Part shown: piece after piece, positions 25,302 through 35,138 of the stretch
Layout of the letters: each line of letters opens with the position of its first letter
How positions within the stretch are numbered: position 1 is the first letter of the stretch
IMG/VR virus record: IMGVR_UViG_3300046665_000434
Location: 64,001-128,000 of that record
From: a virus
Reading direction: 5' to 3' (one strand)
DNA: 64,000 nucleotides
Notes under the pieces: model-generated
What the model saw: only the letters and a program-made list of their open reading frames with translations
What the model was told of the DNA's origin: nothing
Database searches by the model: none
Program-made: the position numbers and the translations under genes

Positions 25302-26396
25302 TTACGCCAGAATGCGCGTGAGGTCTTTGTGAACCACTACCGCCAGTGCCATGATTCGGCCTAGGAAGTGAGTAGCTTCGCTGAGGTTCTGGAGCTCCAG
25401 CTTGGCATCTTCCTTCAACTGGGCGACAGCTTCCTTATCGTTCGCTTTCTTGACTGCCCGTTCGAGATTCTTCTCGATAATACCCCGATGCTCTTCGAGG
25501 GACTTGGCCTTGTTGGAGATCAGCAGGATCGTCCGATAGGCTTCAGTAATAGCTTTGGTCAGCTGAGGTACGTCGACCTTATATTCCATGGTCTTGGTCC
25601 CGCCCTGAGGGATCTTCTGCCAGACCCGTTGGGCTGCTTTCTTGTAGCCATTGTCATTCAGGAACTGTTTGAGGTTGCTCGTATCCTGCTTGCCGCCGTA
25701 AGCTTTCTCACCATCGGCGTAATCCATGACTTCTTTCGAAGTGAGGATACCGAGTACAGAAGTGATCTTGCTGTACTCAAGACCGTTGTTCTGCACCATC
25801 CACGTAGGGATTTTCGGCATGAGTTTCTGCTTCTCGAACTTCTTGTCCGCAGGAGCAACAAACTTCTCATGTCCGATGGTGGTGAACCCTTCGGTCTTGT
25901 ACTTGGCAGCGCTTGCAGCAGCGGCCTTGGTATCTTCGTCAGCCTTTTTGGCACGTAGACCAACCGCCGAGAGGAAACGATTGAGCAGTTTACCAAGTGC
26001 CGCCAGGCGCTCACGAATCCATTTCAGAATGGCGTCGATAGTACCTTTGATTTTATCGCCGATCGACTTCTTGTCCTTCTCGGCTTCTTCAAACGAAGGT
26101 ACGGCCACCGATACTGGAATGTCCAGGCCGCTGACTTTGATCAGCTGAGACAGAGTGAAGGTGTAGCTCTCCATCGATTCGACCGTGAATTCGGCCTTTT
26201 CGAATCGAACGTACATCGACTCAAGAGACTCTGCCAATGCGCACGCACGATTGACTTCGTCGTTGTTATTGCCGACGAGTTCGACAACATCATCGAACTC
26301 CTGTTCAGGATCACCAAGGTGTTCGCCGGTCAGGATCAGAGGCCGATCGATCTCACCTGCTTCTACCGCATAGTCGAACAGCGGGTTATTTAACAT
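25302..26396 (-). CDS. internal head (virion) protein, phiKZ-type propeptide paralog family
   Basis: acidic N-terminus with SLE/SME/SFE sites, then IKGTIDAILKWIRE helix. Confidence 0.7.
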   Translation of the reverse strand: MLNNPLFDYAVEAGEIDRPLILTGEHLGDPEQEFDDVVELVGNNNDEVNRACALAESLESMYVRFEKAEFTVESMESYTFTLSQLIKVSGLDIPVSVAVPSFEEAEKDKKSIGDKIKGTIDAILKWIRERLAALGKLLNRFLSAVGLRAKKADEDTKAAAASAAKYKTEGFTTIGHEKFVAPADKKFEKQKLMPKIPTWMVQNNGLEYSKITSVLGILTSKEVMDYADGEKAYGGKQDTSNLKQFLNDNGYKKAAQRVWQKIPQGGTKTMEYKVDVPQLTKAITEAYRTILLISNKAKSLEEHRGIIEKNLERAVKKANDKEAVAQLKEDAKLELQNLSEATHFLGRIMALAVVVHKDLTRILA

Positions 26397-26423
26397 GGAT
26401 TGCTCACTTGTGCTGAGTGTTGG

Positions 26424-29117
26424 TTATTCCGTAGTACGTTTGATATCGACTCGCATCGATGCCAGCGTCTTATAGATATCGATCGGCTCACACTTGAGGA
26501 TATACTCCTCGATCGTGTGTTGTGTCTTGTACTCGTTCTGAATGCCGTTCTGCTGATTGAGATTAGGAAACCATCCGTCTTCCGCTTCAGCTTTGATGGT
26601 GTACAAGAACACCGGCAGGCGCAGAACATCGTTCAACGTGAAGCTGTCTGGTGTTTCGATCGTGATACGTTTTGTCTTCTGATCGTAGTGATACCGATCC
26701 AGACGCCATTTCTTTTCGATCGCAGACGAGATACCCAGCATGATGGCTTCATGCCGATCCGATGAACTATACAGCCATTCATTGGATTCAGTACCGTCCC
26801 ACTCAACCAACTTACCTGAACGCAAGAAGCCAGGCATCAGCTCCTCTTGTTTATACATCGACCCGTGGTACAGGTAGTGCGGCAGCTCAAACCCTGAGGA
26901 TTCTTTACTGTAGCTACGTTCCTGTCCCCAACCTTGGCCGCTGTGGCCGCTCTGGTCAAGCGTATTGCCGATACCTAAGATGTCAGCCAGCAACTGACCA
27001 AGACCTTGCAGGAACGAGAACGTGAAGCCTTCTGACGAGTATTCGGATATGTCCACCGACTCCAGAGACAGATACGCGCCCAATGGATCAGTGACCATTC
27101 GTTTCTCAAGCGCCAGCGTGTCGAGGTCGACGTTCTTCACCGACATGATCGCAGCTACCTGAGCCTGACTCCACTCCAGGATCTCGTTACTACGAGTACT
27201 GATGTTAGGCTGACTGCCGGTATCGAGCAAGAACGAGAACACATCCACGTCCTCATCCTGACCAAGGCGCGCAGCACGAGCGATGGTCTGGATCTTGATC
27301 GCTTCACGGAATGCCTGATTGAGCAGCAGGATACGGTTGGCTGCCGTCAGCGGAACCCCGGTCGACAGGGACTGGTAGGTCGCAATCAACGGATTGAGGT
27401 CTTCGTCCTTATAGAACTTAGCCACAATCTGAGGCAGGTCTTTGTTAGTAGCGCCAAAGATACGAGCAGGGGAATACCCGTCCTTGAAGACCTTCTCAGC
27501 AACAGCCTCGACGACCTCTACCCAGCTGGTGAAGATCAGCGTCTTCTTCTTGGCACCATCGATGTATTTCTCAAAGTCGATGTACTGCACCATTTCGACG
27601 TGACACTTGGAACGCATGCCGCCAACAATCGAGCCGAGCGCCTCACCCATCACTTTGAGTGGTAGGTACTTCACGACACTCTTAGCCGATCTGAACTCAG
27701 CCTTCATTGCAGAAGGTAGAGACGGGATGATCTGCTTACGCTCGTACTGGTTGGCGAGCATCGCCTCTTCTTTCATGGTCCGTGGATCGAATCCAGAGGA
27801 CACGATCTTCACTGCCTTGTTGTACTCGACGAATTCTCTCCGTTGAGCATCATTGGTTAGTGTCTTCTCGAACCAGTCAAGACCTGCCTGATACTGGCGT
27901 TCGTAAGCCTTACGGTTGAGTTCGTAATAGTGCGTACGCTCATCGATGAATTTTCGCAACACCGTACTGATGTTCTCAAGCGTGTACTTGTCGCCGTCCG
28001 GCATCTTGACGAGAACTTGCTCTTCGGTAACGTTGGTCTTGACCACGTCTTGTTTAGGGACATGGTACTTGAGGTGCCCCATCCGGTTACGCAGGATATC
28101 GTTGGCGCGCTTTGCATCACGGCCGTAGATCTTCCTGAAGCGTTCTTCCGTATCGTTGTCAAACAACGGGTCGATACACTTGAGGAATGGGATACACTCA
28201 ACGCCCAGCGCCAAGATAGGCGTACCGGACGACCAGATGGAATAACTGACAGCCTTCATCTGGCACAGTTCGATCAGCAGTTGCGCACGGTCGGACTGGA
28301 TACGGTTGAAGTTGTGGGACTCATCAAGAATAACAAACGTGTTGTTAAACTCACGGCTGTTGGCCTTGACGTAATCCAACATTTCCTCAAGCGACTCGTA
28401 ATGGCAGATGTAGTAGTGCTTGTCCAACGTCAATGGTTGTCCGCTGGTGCTGTACCAGTAAGGACGGCGCTTGGTCAGAATACCATCGATGGTATCTTTC
28501 CAGACGGTCTCAGTTACTGGTTTAGGGCAGATCACGATCACCTTGTTAGGGTGAGTAGATTCCGCACACACCAACGTACCAACGGTCTTACCGCTACCAG
28601 CGCCTGCATCGAGCATGTAGCCCTTCAGCTGGAAGGCTGGGACCAGACGTCCAAAGATCTCGATGAACTCGCTCTGGAACGGTTTGAGAGGGAATGGAGC
28701 CAACCCGACAATAGAGTCAGGGTCAGTCGCCATCTTGAAACTCTTACCGTTAGGATTGCTGAGCTTACCGCCCTTCTGCTGAGACTGGATTTCAAGAGCT
28801 TGTCGATCAGCATCACCCAGCCAAGTGTTTTCCTTACACTCGTCAATGATCTTTTGCAGTACACGTTTTGGCGTACGTGTTTGTCTGTCGTCGTAGATAC
28901 GTTGACAGATATACAGGAAGTCAGGGCCGAAGAAGTGACGCATGCGGATCTCAGACGACCGCACCACCGAGAACATGTATTTGAAGAGGGTGTTGTTACC
29001 CCAAAGCCGATACATGTCACGACGTAGCAATTCGGTACTGATCCCTTCAATAATCAGAAAGGTTGGGGTGGATTCAACTTCGATCAACCCTAGGCGACGT
29101 TTCAATCCTGCAAACAT
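26424..29117 (-). CDS. SF2 (SNF2-like) helicase with C-terminal YHGS domain
   Basis: Walker A GAGSGKT, DESH, SGTP, QTIARAARLGQ; extra C-terminal domain. Confidence 0.85.
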   Translation of the reverse strand: MFAGLKRRLGLIEVESTPTFLIIEGISTELLRRDMYRLWGNNTLFKYMFSVVRSSEIRMRHFFGPDFLYICQRIYDDRQTRTPKRVLQKIIDECKENTWLGDADRQALEIQSQQKGGKLSNPNGKSFKMATDPDSIVGLAPFPLKPFQSEFIEIFGRLVPAFQLKGYMLDAGAGSGKTVGTLVCAESTHPNKVIVICPKPVTETVWKDTIDGILTKRRPYWYSTSGQPLTLDKHYYICHYESLEEMLDYVKANSREFNNTFVILDESHNFNRIQSDRAQLLIELCQMKAVSYSIWSSGTPILALGVECIPFLKCIDPLFDNDTEERFRKIYGRDAKRANDILRNRMGHLKYHVPKQDVVKTNVTEEQVLVKMPDGDKYTLENISTVLRKFIDERTHYYELNRKAYERQYQAGLDWFEKTLTNDAQRREFVEYNKAVKIVSSGFDPRTMKEEAMLANQYERKQIIPSLPSAMKAEFRSAKSVVKYLPLKVMGEALGSIVGGMRSKCHVEMVQYIDFEKYIDGAKKKTLIFTSWVEVVEAVAEKVFKDGYSPARIFGATNKDLPQIVAKFYKDEDLNPLIATYQSLSTGVPLTAANRILLLNQAFREAIKIQTIARAARLGQDEDVDVFSFLLDTGSQPNISTRSNEILEWSQAQVAAIMSVKNVDLDTLALEKRMVTDPLGAYLSLESVDISEYSSEGFTFSFLQGLGQLLADILGIGNTLDQSGHSGQGWGQERSYSKESSGFELPHYLYHGSMYKQEELMPGFLRSGKLVEWDGTESNEWLYSSSDRHEAIMLGISSAIEKKWRLDRYHYDQKTKRITIETPDSFTLNDVLRLPVFLYTIKAEAEDGWFPNLNQQNGIQNEYKTQHTIEEYILKCEPIDIYKTLASMRVDIKRTTE

Positions 29118-29181
29118 GGTGACTCTCACTTAGAGCCTGGGGCCCCTGAATTCATGGAACCCCAGTCAGTGTGGGGATTGA

Positions 29182-30513
29182 CTACTTCTTCTCTTCTTTC
29201 TTTTCAGCTTTCTTGAAGATGGTGTAACACTCGACGTTGGTTCTGAGGATACGAACACCGCAACGTTGGAAGTTGTCGCACTCTTGGGCGATTTCATTGT
29301 AACCCATCGACATCTTCATGAACGCATTGATAACGTACTTATAGCCTGCGTATTTCGAGATGCGTTTCTTGTAAGTGGCAAGCGCCACATTACGTGCGGC
29401 TTTCCAGTCGTCTTTCCGCTGCTGCTCGTTGGCGCTAAGGTGTTCGCCCCGAAGATTCGCCAGATCTGCACTGCCCAGACTCCAGCCGTATTCCCTGTCA
29501 GTTTCTCTCAAAATTTTATCGAGAGTATCACCTTCGGTCTTGGTGGCCTTGTCCAAGATCTGTTGGTAACGCTGACTCATGCCGGTGAATCTGCCAATGG
29601 TGGCCTGGATCGAATCGTTGATCGTCTTCTGCTCGAACGAGAAGGCTTCCAGCGCATTGACTGCCTCGACCAGATCCTTGATTTCCATCGGAGCAGTTTC
29701 GGTGACTTGGTGCGTACGATTATGCCGCTTGACGGACAGGGCGAAATGCTGCTTGGGATCGAACACCGCTTTACTGTCTTCGATGAACGGCATCTCGGTG
29801 ACCCGGTTAAAACCGATCTCGTGATAAATATCTTCAGAGCTAGTCACGCCCTCGAGAGTCGCAGGATCAAGGCGAATAACGTCTTCCTGGATCTTGGACA
29901 GTTTACGCGTGGTGTCTTGGATATGGCGAACGGCTTCATGGATGTCAGACATCTTGATGGCGAACTTACCACTGGCGGTGAATCCGTATCCAGGAGCCGC
30001 CATCGAGAACGCTCTGACCTTCTTGTCAGACAGTGTCGGAATGATCTCTTTGATCGCGCGCAGATCGTCAGCGACTTTAGCAGCGTGGTGGATACGCATG
30101 CCTAGCAGCTTTCTGAGGCCCTCCATGAACTTTGCAGCAGCTTGCTTGATCCATTCCCAGATCTTGGCGAGGAAGCTTTTCTGCTTATCCTCAGCTTCGG
30201 TAGAGTAATCCGACGCCGACTCGAACGAAGGCGCAATCAGACTGATCGGCAGATGTGCGATACCGGCAGACTGGATCAGCGCACCTACCGCTACCTCGTA
30301 CTGTTTAGCAGTCGCCGCAGTAGCTTCTATCGACAAGAAACGCAGAGACAGACTCTCCATGCTTTCGACGAAGGAGATTGCTCTTACCAAGTCATGACCA
30401 TGCTGACGGATTGCATGGACAGCCTCTTGGGAATACTCGATTGGAACTAGTACTGGCACCGCACCGGATTCCACGGCATAGCCCATCAATAGGTTATCTT
30501 CACGCATGATCAT
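29182..30513 (-). CDS. internal head (virion) protein, paralog of 25302..26396
   Basis: YAVE..SMES..PSFESAS.STEAE..LAKIWEWIKQ. Confidence 0.7.
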   Translation of the reverse strand: MIMREDNLLMGYAVESGAVPVLVPIEYSQEAVHAIRQHGHDLVRAISFVESMESLSLRFLSIEATAATAKQYEVAVGALIQSAGIAHLPISLIAPSFESASDYSTEAEDKQKSFLAKIWEWIKQAAAKFMEGLRKLLGMRIHHAAKVADDLRAIKEIIPTLSDKKVRAFSMAAPGYGFTASGKFAIKMSDIHEAVRHIQDTTRKLSKIQEDVIRLDPATLEGVTSSEDIYHEIGFNRVTEMPFIEDSKAVFDPKQHFALSVKRHNRTHQVTETAPMEIKDLVEAVNALEAFSFEQKTINDSIQATIGRFTGMSQRYQQILDKATKTEGDTLDKILRETDREYGWSLGSADLANLRGEHLSANEQQRKDDWKAARNVALATYKKRISKYAGYKYVINAFMKMSMGYNEIAQECDNFQRCGVRILRTNVECYTIFKKAEKKEEKK

Positions 30514-30542
30514 GTCCCAAATAAGGAAGTAGTTTCATAAAA

Positions 30543-30857
30543 TTACGCTGCCGGAAAGCAGGTCTCTGGAATGTCTGGAAGATCGACAGTAATCCCAGCT
30601 TTGTCGTGCGTACAATCGGCACAATAGATGATGGTGTTGTTCGTCACGAAGCTGTGACAGATTGAATTCAGCCAGTCTTTGGAGACCTTGACTGACGGCG
30701 TAAACGTGATCATTGAGGCATCCTGATTCCAGCCCCAGTTATAATCAGGACGGACATGGTAGACCCGTATCCAATGCAGTTCATCGCATGCGGGGCAATA
30801 GAAAGCTACTCCGTCACCGCGCTTTACCAACTTAGATCCTAACCGTTCCATAATCAC
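30543..30857 (-). CDS. DUF6527-like Cys/His protein
   Basis: FYCPAC..H..W.W..TFTPSV..CHSFV..DCTH..G.TVDLP. Confidence 0.65.
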   Translation of the reverse strand: MIMERLGSKLVKRGDGVAFYCPACDELHWIRVYHVRPDYNWGWNQDASMITFTPSVKVSKDWLNSICHSFVTNNTIIYCADCTHDKAGITVDLPDIPETCFPAA

Positions 30858-30906
30858 ACCTCTCGTTAAAAGTTATTATATAGCCTAATCTTCTTGGACA
30901 GTCATC

Positions 30907-31704
30907 ATGCTAGCGGTCATTATTAAAGGCAATCCGAAGTTCATCAACACTCCGCTAGCTAAGTCGTACTATAGTGATATCGAGACGTTTCTAAAATCTC
31001 TCGGTTACACAGTTGAGTTTAATGCCGGTAAAGACTACACTCGTCCTAGACAGGATGCGGATCTCTATATCGGACATTCTCGTGGTGCCGACCGTTATGA
31101 CTTCATGGACGCTAAGAACAAAAGCAAGTTCTTGAAGTTCGGTGTCCTTGAAGGCTATATCCATCCGGTAGATGCCGCGTGGCAGAAAGTAACGAAGCCT
31201 GGAACCGGCGTTCCCCCAAACGAACACTTCATCTTCACTGATGAGCAGAAAGAAGCTATCCGAAGTAAAACGGCCGAGCTCTCTACGGAATCGAACTCAA
31301 CTGTCGATACGTTGATTGCTAACGCCATGAAAGAAAAGTTCCTTGGCCCAGCCTCTCTTAATAAACACATGGAGAATCTGGTTGTCATCGAGTCTAATGG
31401 TAAACCTGTAGGCTTCTATATACCGTTCCAAGAAAAGGACGGTGTCTGGCGTACGGGATCGATTTACCTGCTACCTGAATATCGTGGACGTGGGATCGCT
31501 AAAGACGTGATCGCCAAGTTCGCGAAAGAGCGGAGAGTAAGGGCATGGATAGAGCGTGGAAATACAGCCAGCGTTCGGGCCTTTACTGCGGCAGGGTTGG
31601 CGGGGACTGGACGACGCTTGCTGGTGAACGGTAAGCACTTTGATGAGTACGTTACTCTTGAAGAATCGTTAGAGCGCAATACGCGTATCCTGAGCTGGGA
31701 CTAA
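30907..31704 (+). CDS. two-domain protein with C-terminal GNAT acetyltransferase
   Basis: IYLLPEYRGRGIAK and NTASVRAF acetyl-CoA motifs; N-terminal IGHSRG domain. Confidence 0.75.
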   Translation: MLAVIIKGNPKFINTPLAKSYYSDIETFLKSLGYTVEFNAGKDYTRPRQDADLYIGHSRGADRYDFMDAKNKSKFLKFGVLEGYIHPVDAAWQKVTKPGTGVPPNEHFIFTDEQKEAIRSKTAELSTESNSTVDTLIANAMKEKFLGPASLNKHMENLVVIESNGKPVGFYIPFQEKDGVWRTGSIYLLPEYRGRGIAKDVIAKFAKERRVRAWIERGNTASVRAFTAAGLAGTGRRLLVNGKHFDEYVTLEESLERNTRILSWD

Positions 31705-31710
31705 TCATTA

Positions 31711-31991
31711 TATGCAAGCACCGGGTAGGGTGTAAGCAGACGGTGGCGGTTACGCCTGATCGAGTGACACACTCCTCGGTTAGGTAACCAGTGGTCAGGA
31801 TGTCCTCTCTGACCTAAGACGTTATTGCTGTGGGTGCGATAACGTCTGCTGAAGCGAATGCTCAGCCTACAACGTTTGGTAGCGCGGGGACATGCCAAAC
31901 GTTGTGGGGTGGACATACATACCCCAGTGTGACCACTACCGTACATCCCTCGATCCTTCCACTCCTAGGGATCGAGGGATGTACCTTTCTT
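31711..31991 (+). ncRNA. candidate multi-hairpin ncRNA
   Basis: starts at TATG; several long stems; ends in 16-bp terminator. Confidence 0.5.
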
Positions 31992-32025
31992 TATGCCGCA
32001 TCCATACTTTTTCAATGAAATTATC

Positions 32026-32038
32026 TACAGTCATACAT
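32026..32038 (+). promoter_or_regulatory. putative early promoter motif
   Basis: TACAGTCATACAT. Confidence 0.6.
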
Positions 32039-32078
32039 AACGGAGGTGACTAAACAAACCAATGTCCGAGGAGGACTC

Positions 32079-32420
32079 ATGTCGTATTCTAATGCATTGA
32101 AAATCGGTGGTGTGCTGGTATTGGCTGCAATCGGTGTCGTAGCTGCTGTCAAAGCGTACCACGAGAAAGAAGCCGCTTCTGAAGAGAAGCTAAAACCTCT
32201 CCAGACACTGGCCATGAAAGTAATGCTCAATAAACTCCTGGTGGAGATCAGCGAGCTGATCGTATCCAAACAGGTGATGCCGGATGACGATCTGTTTATC
32301 AGAGTCAGGGTGTTCAGGGATCTCGCCAAGGCCGACTATGTAGATCTCAGCCATCTTGACCTGTGTATGCTGGTTCAGGAAGCGCAGGGCATACTGTCCA
32401 CACTCAAATCCATGCCTTAA
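32079..32420 (+). CDS. membrane-anchored hypothetical protein (N-terminus like 33464..33814)
   Basis: SD hairpin; N-terminal TM. Confidence 0.7.
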   Translation: MSYSNALKIGGVLVLAAIGVVAAVKAYHEKEAASEEKLKPLQTLAMKVMLNKLLVEISELIVSKQVMPDDDLFIRVRVFRDLAKADYVDLSHLDLCMLVQEAQGILSTLKSMP

Positions 32421-32431
32421 TAGGAGGTTAC

Positions 32432-32887
32432 GTGAAGAATCCATTCAAACGTTACGCAACTATATTCGATCGGTTGGCAGATAGTTTTCGAATCCGTACC
32501 TTTTCTCCTAAGGACGAGGTGAAGGACGTTGTAGAAATAGGCTTCGTTGAGGCATTAGGTATATATCTTCACCACATCACGCGTGACCTTATTCGTCAAG
32601 GACATTCTGTAATGAGTGTCGTCGGTAAGGTCAAAGCCGCCAGAAGTGACGGTTGGGAAGATGATATCGCCGCAATGATCAACGAGTATACCAGTCGCTC
32701 TACGGTCACGTATCAGCGCTATCCGGCCGGTGTCATGTCGATAGGTATCCCTCAACAAACTTATCGCTTGAAGCTGGTGCGTACGGTGAAGAAACCGGCT
32801 TCGGATTTCGCGGGAGATATGACCCGCGGAAAAGTAGAACTGTCGGAACAAGTGCTGACCACTATCAAAAATTATTCGTCGGACTGA
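32432..32887 (+). CDS. hypothetical protein
   Basis: GTG after AGGAGG. Confidence 0.7.
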   Translation: MKNPFKRYATIFDRLADSFRIRTFSPKDEVKDVVEIGFVEALGIYLHHITRDLIRQGHSVMSVVGKVKAARSDGWEDDIAAMINEYTSRSTVTYQRYPAGVMSIGIPQQTYRLKLVRTVKKPASDFAGDMTRGKVELSEQVLTTIKNYSSD

Positions 32888-32914
32888 TCCGACTAAAGAC
32901 CGTAGGAGGTCATC

Positions 32915-33433
32915 ATGTTTCTTGTTTCTCGCAGTATCTTCAATCAACTCAAATCTGATTATCTCGACCTCCCTCTCGGCGCCATCGATGAAGGTCTGCG
33001 TAACAGCATCCGTAAGATCAACATGATGAACGGTATAGTGACGTTCGCTTGCTGTGAAAGCCATTTGGAGACTGAGGAGTTTCCAGAATACGGTAGTCAA
33101 TTCTACGTCGCCTTCCGGGCTAGCACTAACTACGGTATCCTTAAAATAAAGAGCATCTACAAAGGCTTTGCAGGACAGCTGGAGTTGATGGTCCCAAACC
33201 CTTATCTTGAGAATGAGTTATCGTGGACCAACCCGCGACTCGAGATCGATGAGACCTGTCAAGTTGATGGTACTGATCGACAATGGTCATTAGTGATCAG
33301 AGTAACCGTATTCAGCCATTCTTTCAAGGAAGTAGTCCTTAAAGCTTTCGAGAATGCTGTCAATAAAGAGCTGGTGCGGGACATCCCAAAAACAACTGCG
33401 GCTAAGCCGCGCCGATTCAGGCCGTCTTTCTAA
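32915..33433 (+). CDS. hypothetical protein with TYW3-like N-terminal motif
   Basis: IDEGL..IN...GIVTFACCESH. Confidence 0.45.
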   Translation: MFLVSRSIFNQLKSDYLDLPLGAIDEGLRNSIRKINMMNGIVTFACCESHLETEEFPEYGSQFYVAFRASTNYGILKIKSIYKGFAGQLELMVPNPYLENELSWTNPRLEIDETCQVDGTDRQWSLVIRVTVFSHSFKEVVLKAFENAVNKELVRDIPKTTAAKPRRFRPSF

Positions 33434-33463
33434 ATCTTACTGTCATCGACCGAGGAGGTCATT

Positions 33464-33814
33464 ATGTCGCTTTATAACGTATTGAAAGTTGGTGCTGTAC
33501 TGGCAGTTGCTGGCGCTGCCGGCTACATTGGTTACAAAGCCATAGTGGCCTATAAAGAAGAACAGGAGTATCAGGCAAAGCAAGAAGAAATCAACGACAT
33601 TAAAACACAGTTAGTGTTAAAAATGATGTCCATCCGCCTGATCGTTTCTTTCAACGGTTCTGAATGGCTGGAGATTAAAGATCCTCAGGCTTACAGTTAT
33701 TACGTAGATCTTGTCAACGCCCGCAGCACCGGTTACCGTGGATTCAGCCATGCTGACTTCAAGCTCCTCTTGTACAAGCTGGAATACGTGTACGCAGTAG
33801 TTACTGCACGGTAA
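33464..33814 (+). CDS. membrane-anchored hypothetical protein
   Basis: SD hairpin; N-terminal TM. Confidence 0.7.
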   Translation: MSLYNVLKVGAVLAVAGAAGYIGYKAIVAYKEEQEYQAKQEEINDIKTQLVLKMMSIRLIVSFNGSEWLEIKDPQAYSYYVDLVNARSTGYRGFSHADFKLLLYKLEYVYAVVTAR

Positions 33815-33816
33815 TA

Positions 33817-33858
33817 TACAGGAGAGGCGTAAGCCTCTCCTGTACTCTTCTTTTTTTT
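33817..33858 (+). terminator. intrinsic terminator
   Basis: TACAGGAGAGGC-GTAA-GCCTCTCCTGTA and T run. Confidence 0.8.
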
Positions 33859-33888
33859 GTTGTAATAGCTTACATTTGGTTTCAATAC

Positions 33889-34191
33889 TATGTAGAAGTA
33901 CCCGTGGCTAATAGCCATTACAGTACAGCCATGCTCTTTAACAACTCGGTGTCAGTCACAGTAAGTGCTATCTCAGTACAGCTCCCTGATAATGACTCTC
34001 TAGCATAGCGGGTATCCAGCCCTGCATCTTAGCGCCTTTCTGGAACGATAAGCGCGCTCCATTCGATCATGTACGAAATATCAAGTCGTTGAGCAGTAAG
34101 GGCGCTGCGCTCTGGCGATACACGACAAGGGTTGAGTCGGGTCTTTGGAAGAAACAAAGAAGTCATACGGCCCGGCCTTGCGCCGGGCTTT
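33889..34191 (+). ncRNA. candidate structured ncRNA
   Basis: TATG start, no credible ORF, long-range stems, terminator 34170-34191. Confidence 0.4.
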
Positions 34192-34252
34192 ATGCTGTAT
34201 GTAAGTATTTATAATGACGAAGTACTTATGAACATCAGTGTAGACTTCCGCC

Positions 34253-35041
34253 ATGACAAAGATCAACTACCCTATCCTTGGAGCAGAATCCATGAACCCA
34301 GACATCGATCGTCCTACACGGCCAACTTTAGCTGAAGCTATCGCAGCGATCACAAAGCCAGCGCCGTATTGGCCACAAGACCTCATCGTCAAAGTGGTAT
34401 CGCTACCGTCGAAGATGGCCGCAGACGAGCAGTTGCGTGATGCGTTTATCAACGTAATCGAAAACTTGGCAACCAATATCAGTTCGTTCAGTACTGAGCG
34501 TGTATTGCGGCCAGCTAGTGTCGGCGATGATGTCCTTGAATTCTCCAATAACTTTAATGGCATCACTGTCCACGCGCCGGAATACGAGAACAAACCCGTC
34601 CTGCGCATGTTGCGCCAGATCCAGAATCAGTACATGGTAGGTCGTAGTCTGTCCCAACTGGCAAGGGACCCTTTCGCACTGATTGCGTTCGAGCCGAACA
34701 AGACTCGTACCGACGTGATCGATGCCTGGTTCATTCCGTCGTTTTTCATCAGCACCCTGCCTGCACATATTTGCAGTAAGAGTATCAGATCCGCGGCCGA
34801 TACCGTCATCGGCGGTGAAATTTATTCGTTCGATCTGTCCGGTGAAACCCTCCAGAGTGATCTGATCAGCGATGTCGCGTCGAAGATGTACAAGTCTATG
34901 ATGCTCACTCCGGAAGGTGAACAGACCAACTCTGAGTTCTCATGGCCAGGTGCGTTGAAACAGCTGCTGCCTAACGGTAGTACTGATGTACTGAGTAACC
35001 GTATGCAAGGTTATTCGGAAGTCATCAAACAGGCAGAATAA
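34253..35041 (+). CDS. hypothetical protein
   Basis: 262-aa ORF between hairpins. Confidence 0.7.
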   Translation: MTKINYPILGAESMNPDIDRPTRPTLAEAIAAITKPAPYWPQDLIVKVVSLPSKMAADEQLRDAFINVIENLATNISSFSTERVLRPASVGDDVLEFSNNFNGITVHAPEYENKPVLRMLRQIQNQYMVGRSLSQLARDPFALIAFEPNKTRTDVIDAWFIPSFFISTLPAHICSKSIRSAADTVIGGEIYSFDLSGETLQSDLISDVASKMYKSMMLTPEGEQTNSEFSWPGALKQLLPNGSTDVLSNRMQGYSEVIKQAE

Positions 35042-35138
35042 CCTGATCCCTGCATAGGTCCGGCTACTGCCGGACTTTATGCCGTGTCATTTCTCACCAA
35101 ACCGACTTATCTAATAGACAACTAATCGAGCATCTGAA

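Noticed and set aside
27930-29027. 365-aa + strand ORF, and similar shadows at 41071-42087, 55223-56317 and 62614-63738
   Set aside because: Antisense to well-supported genes; no motifs.
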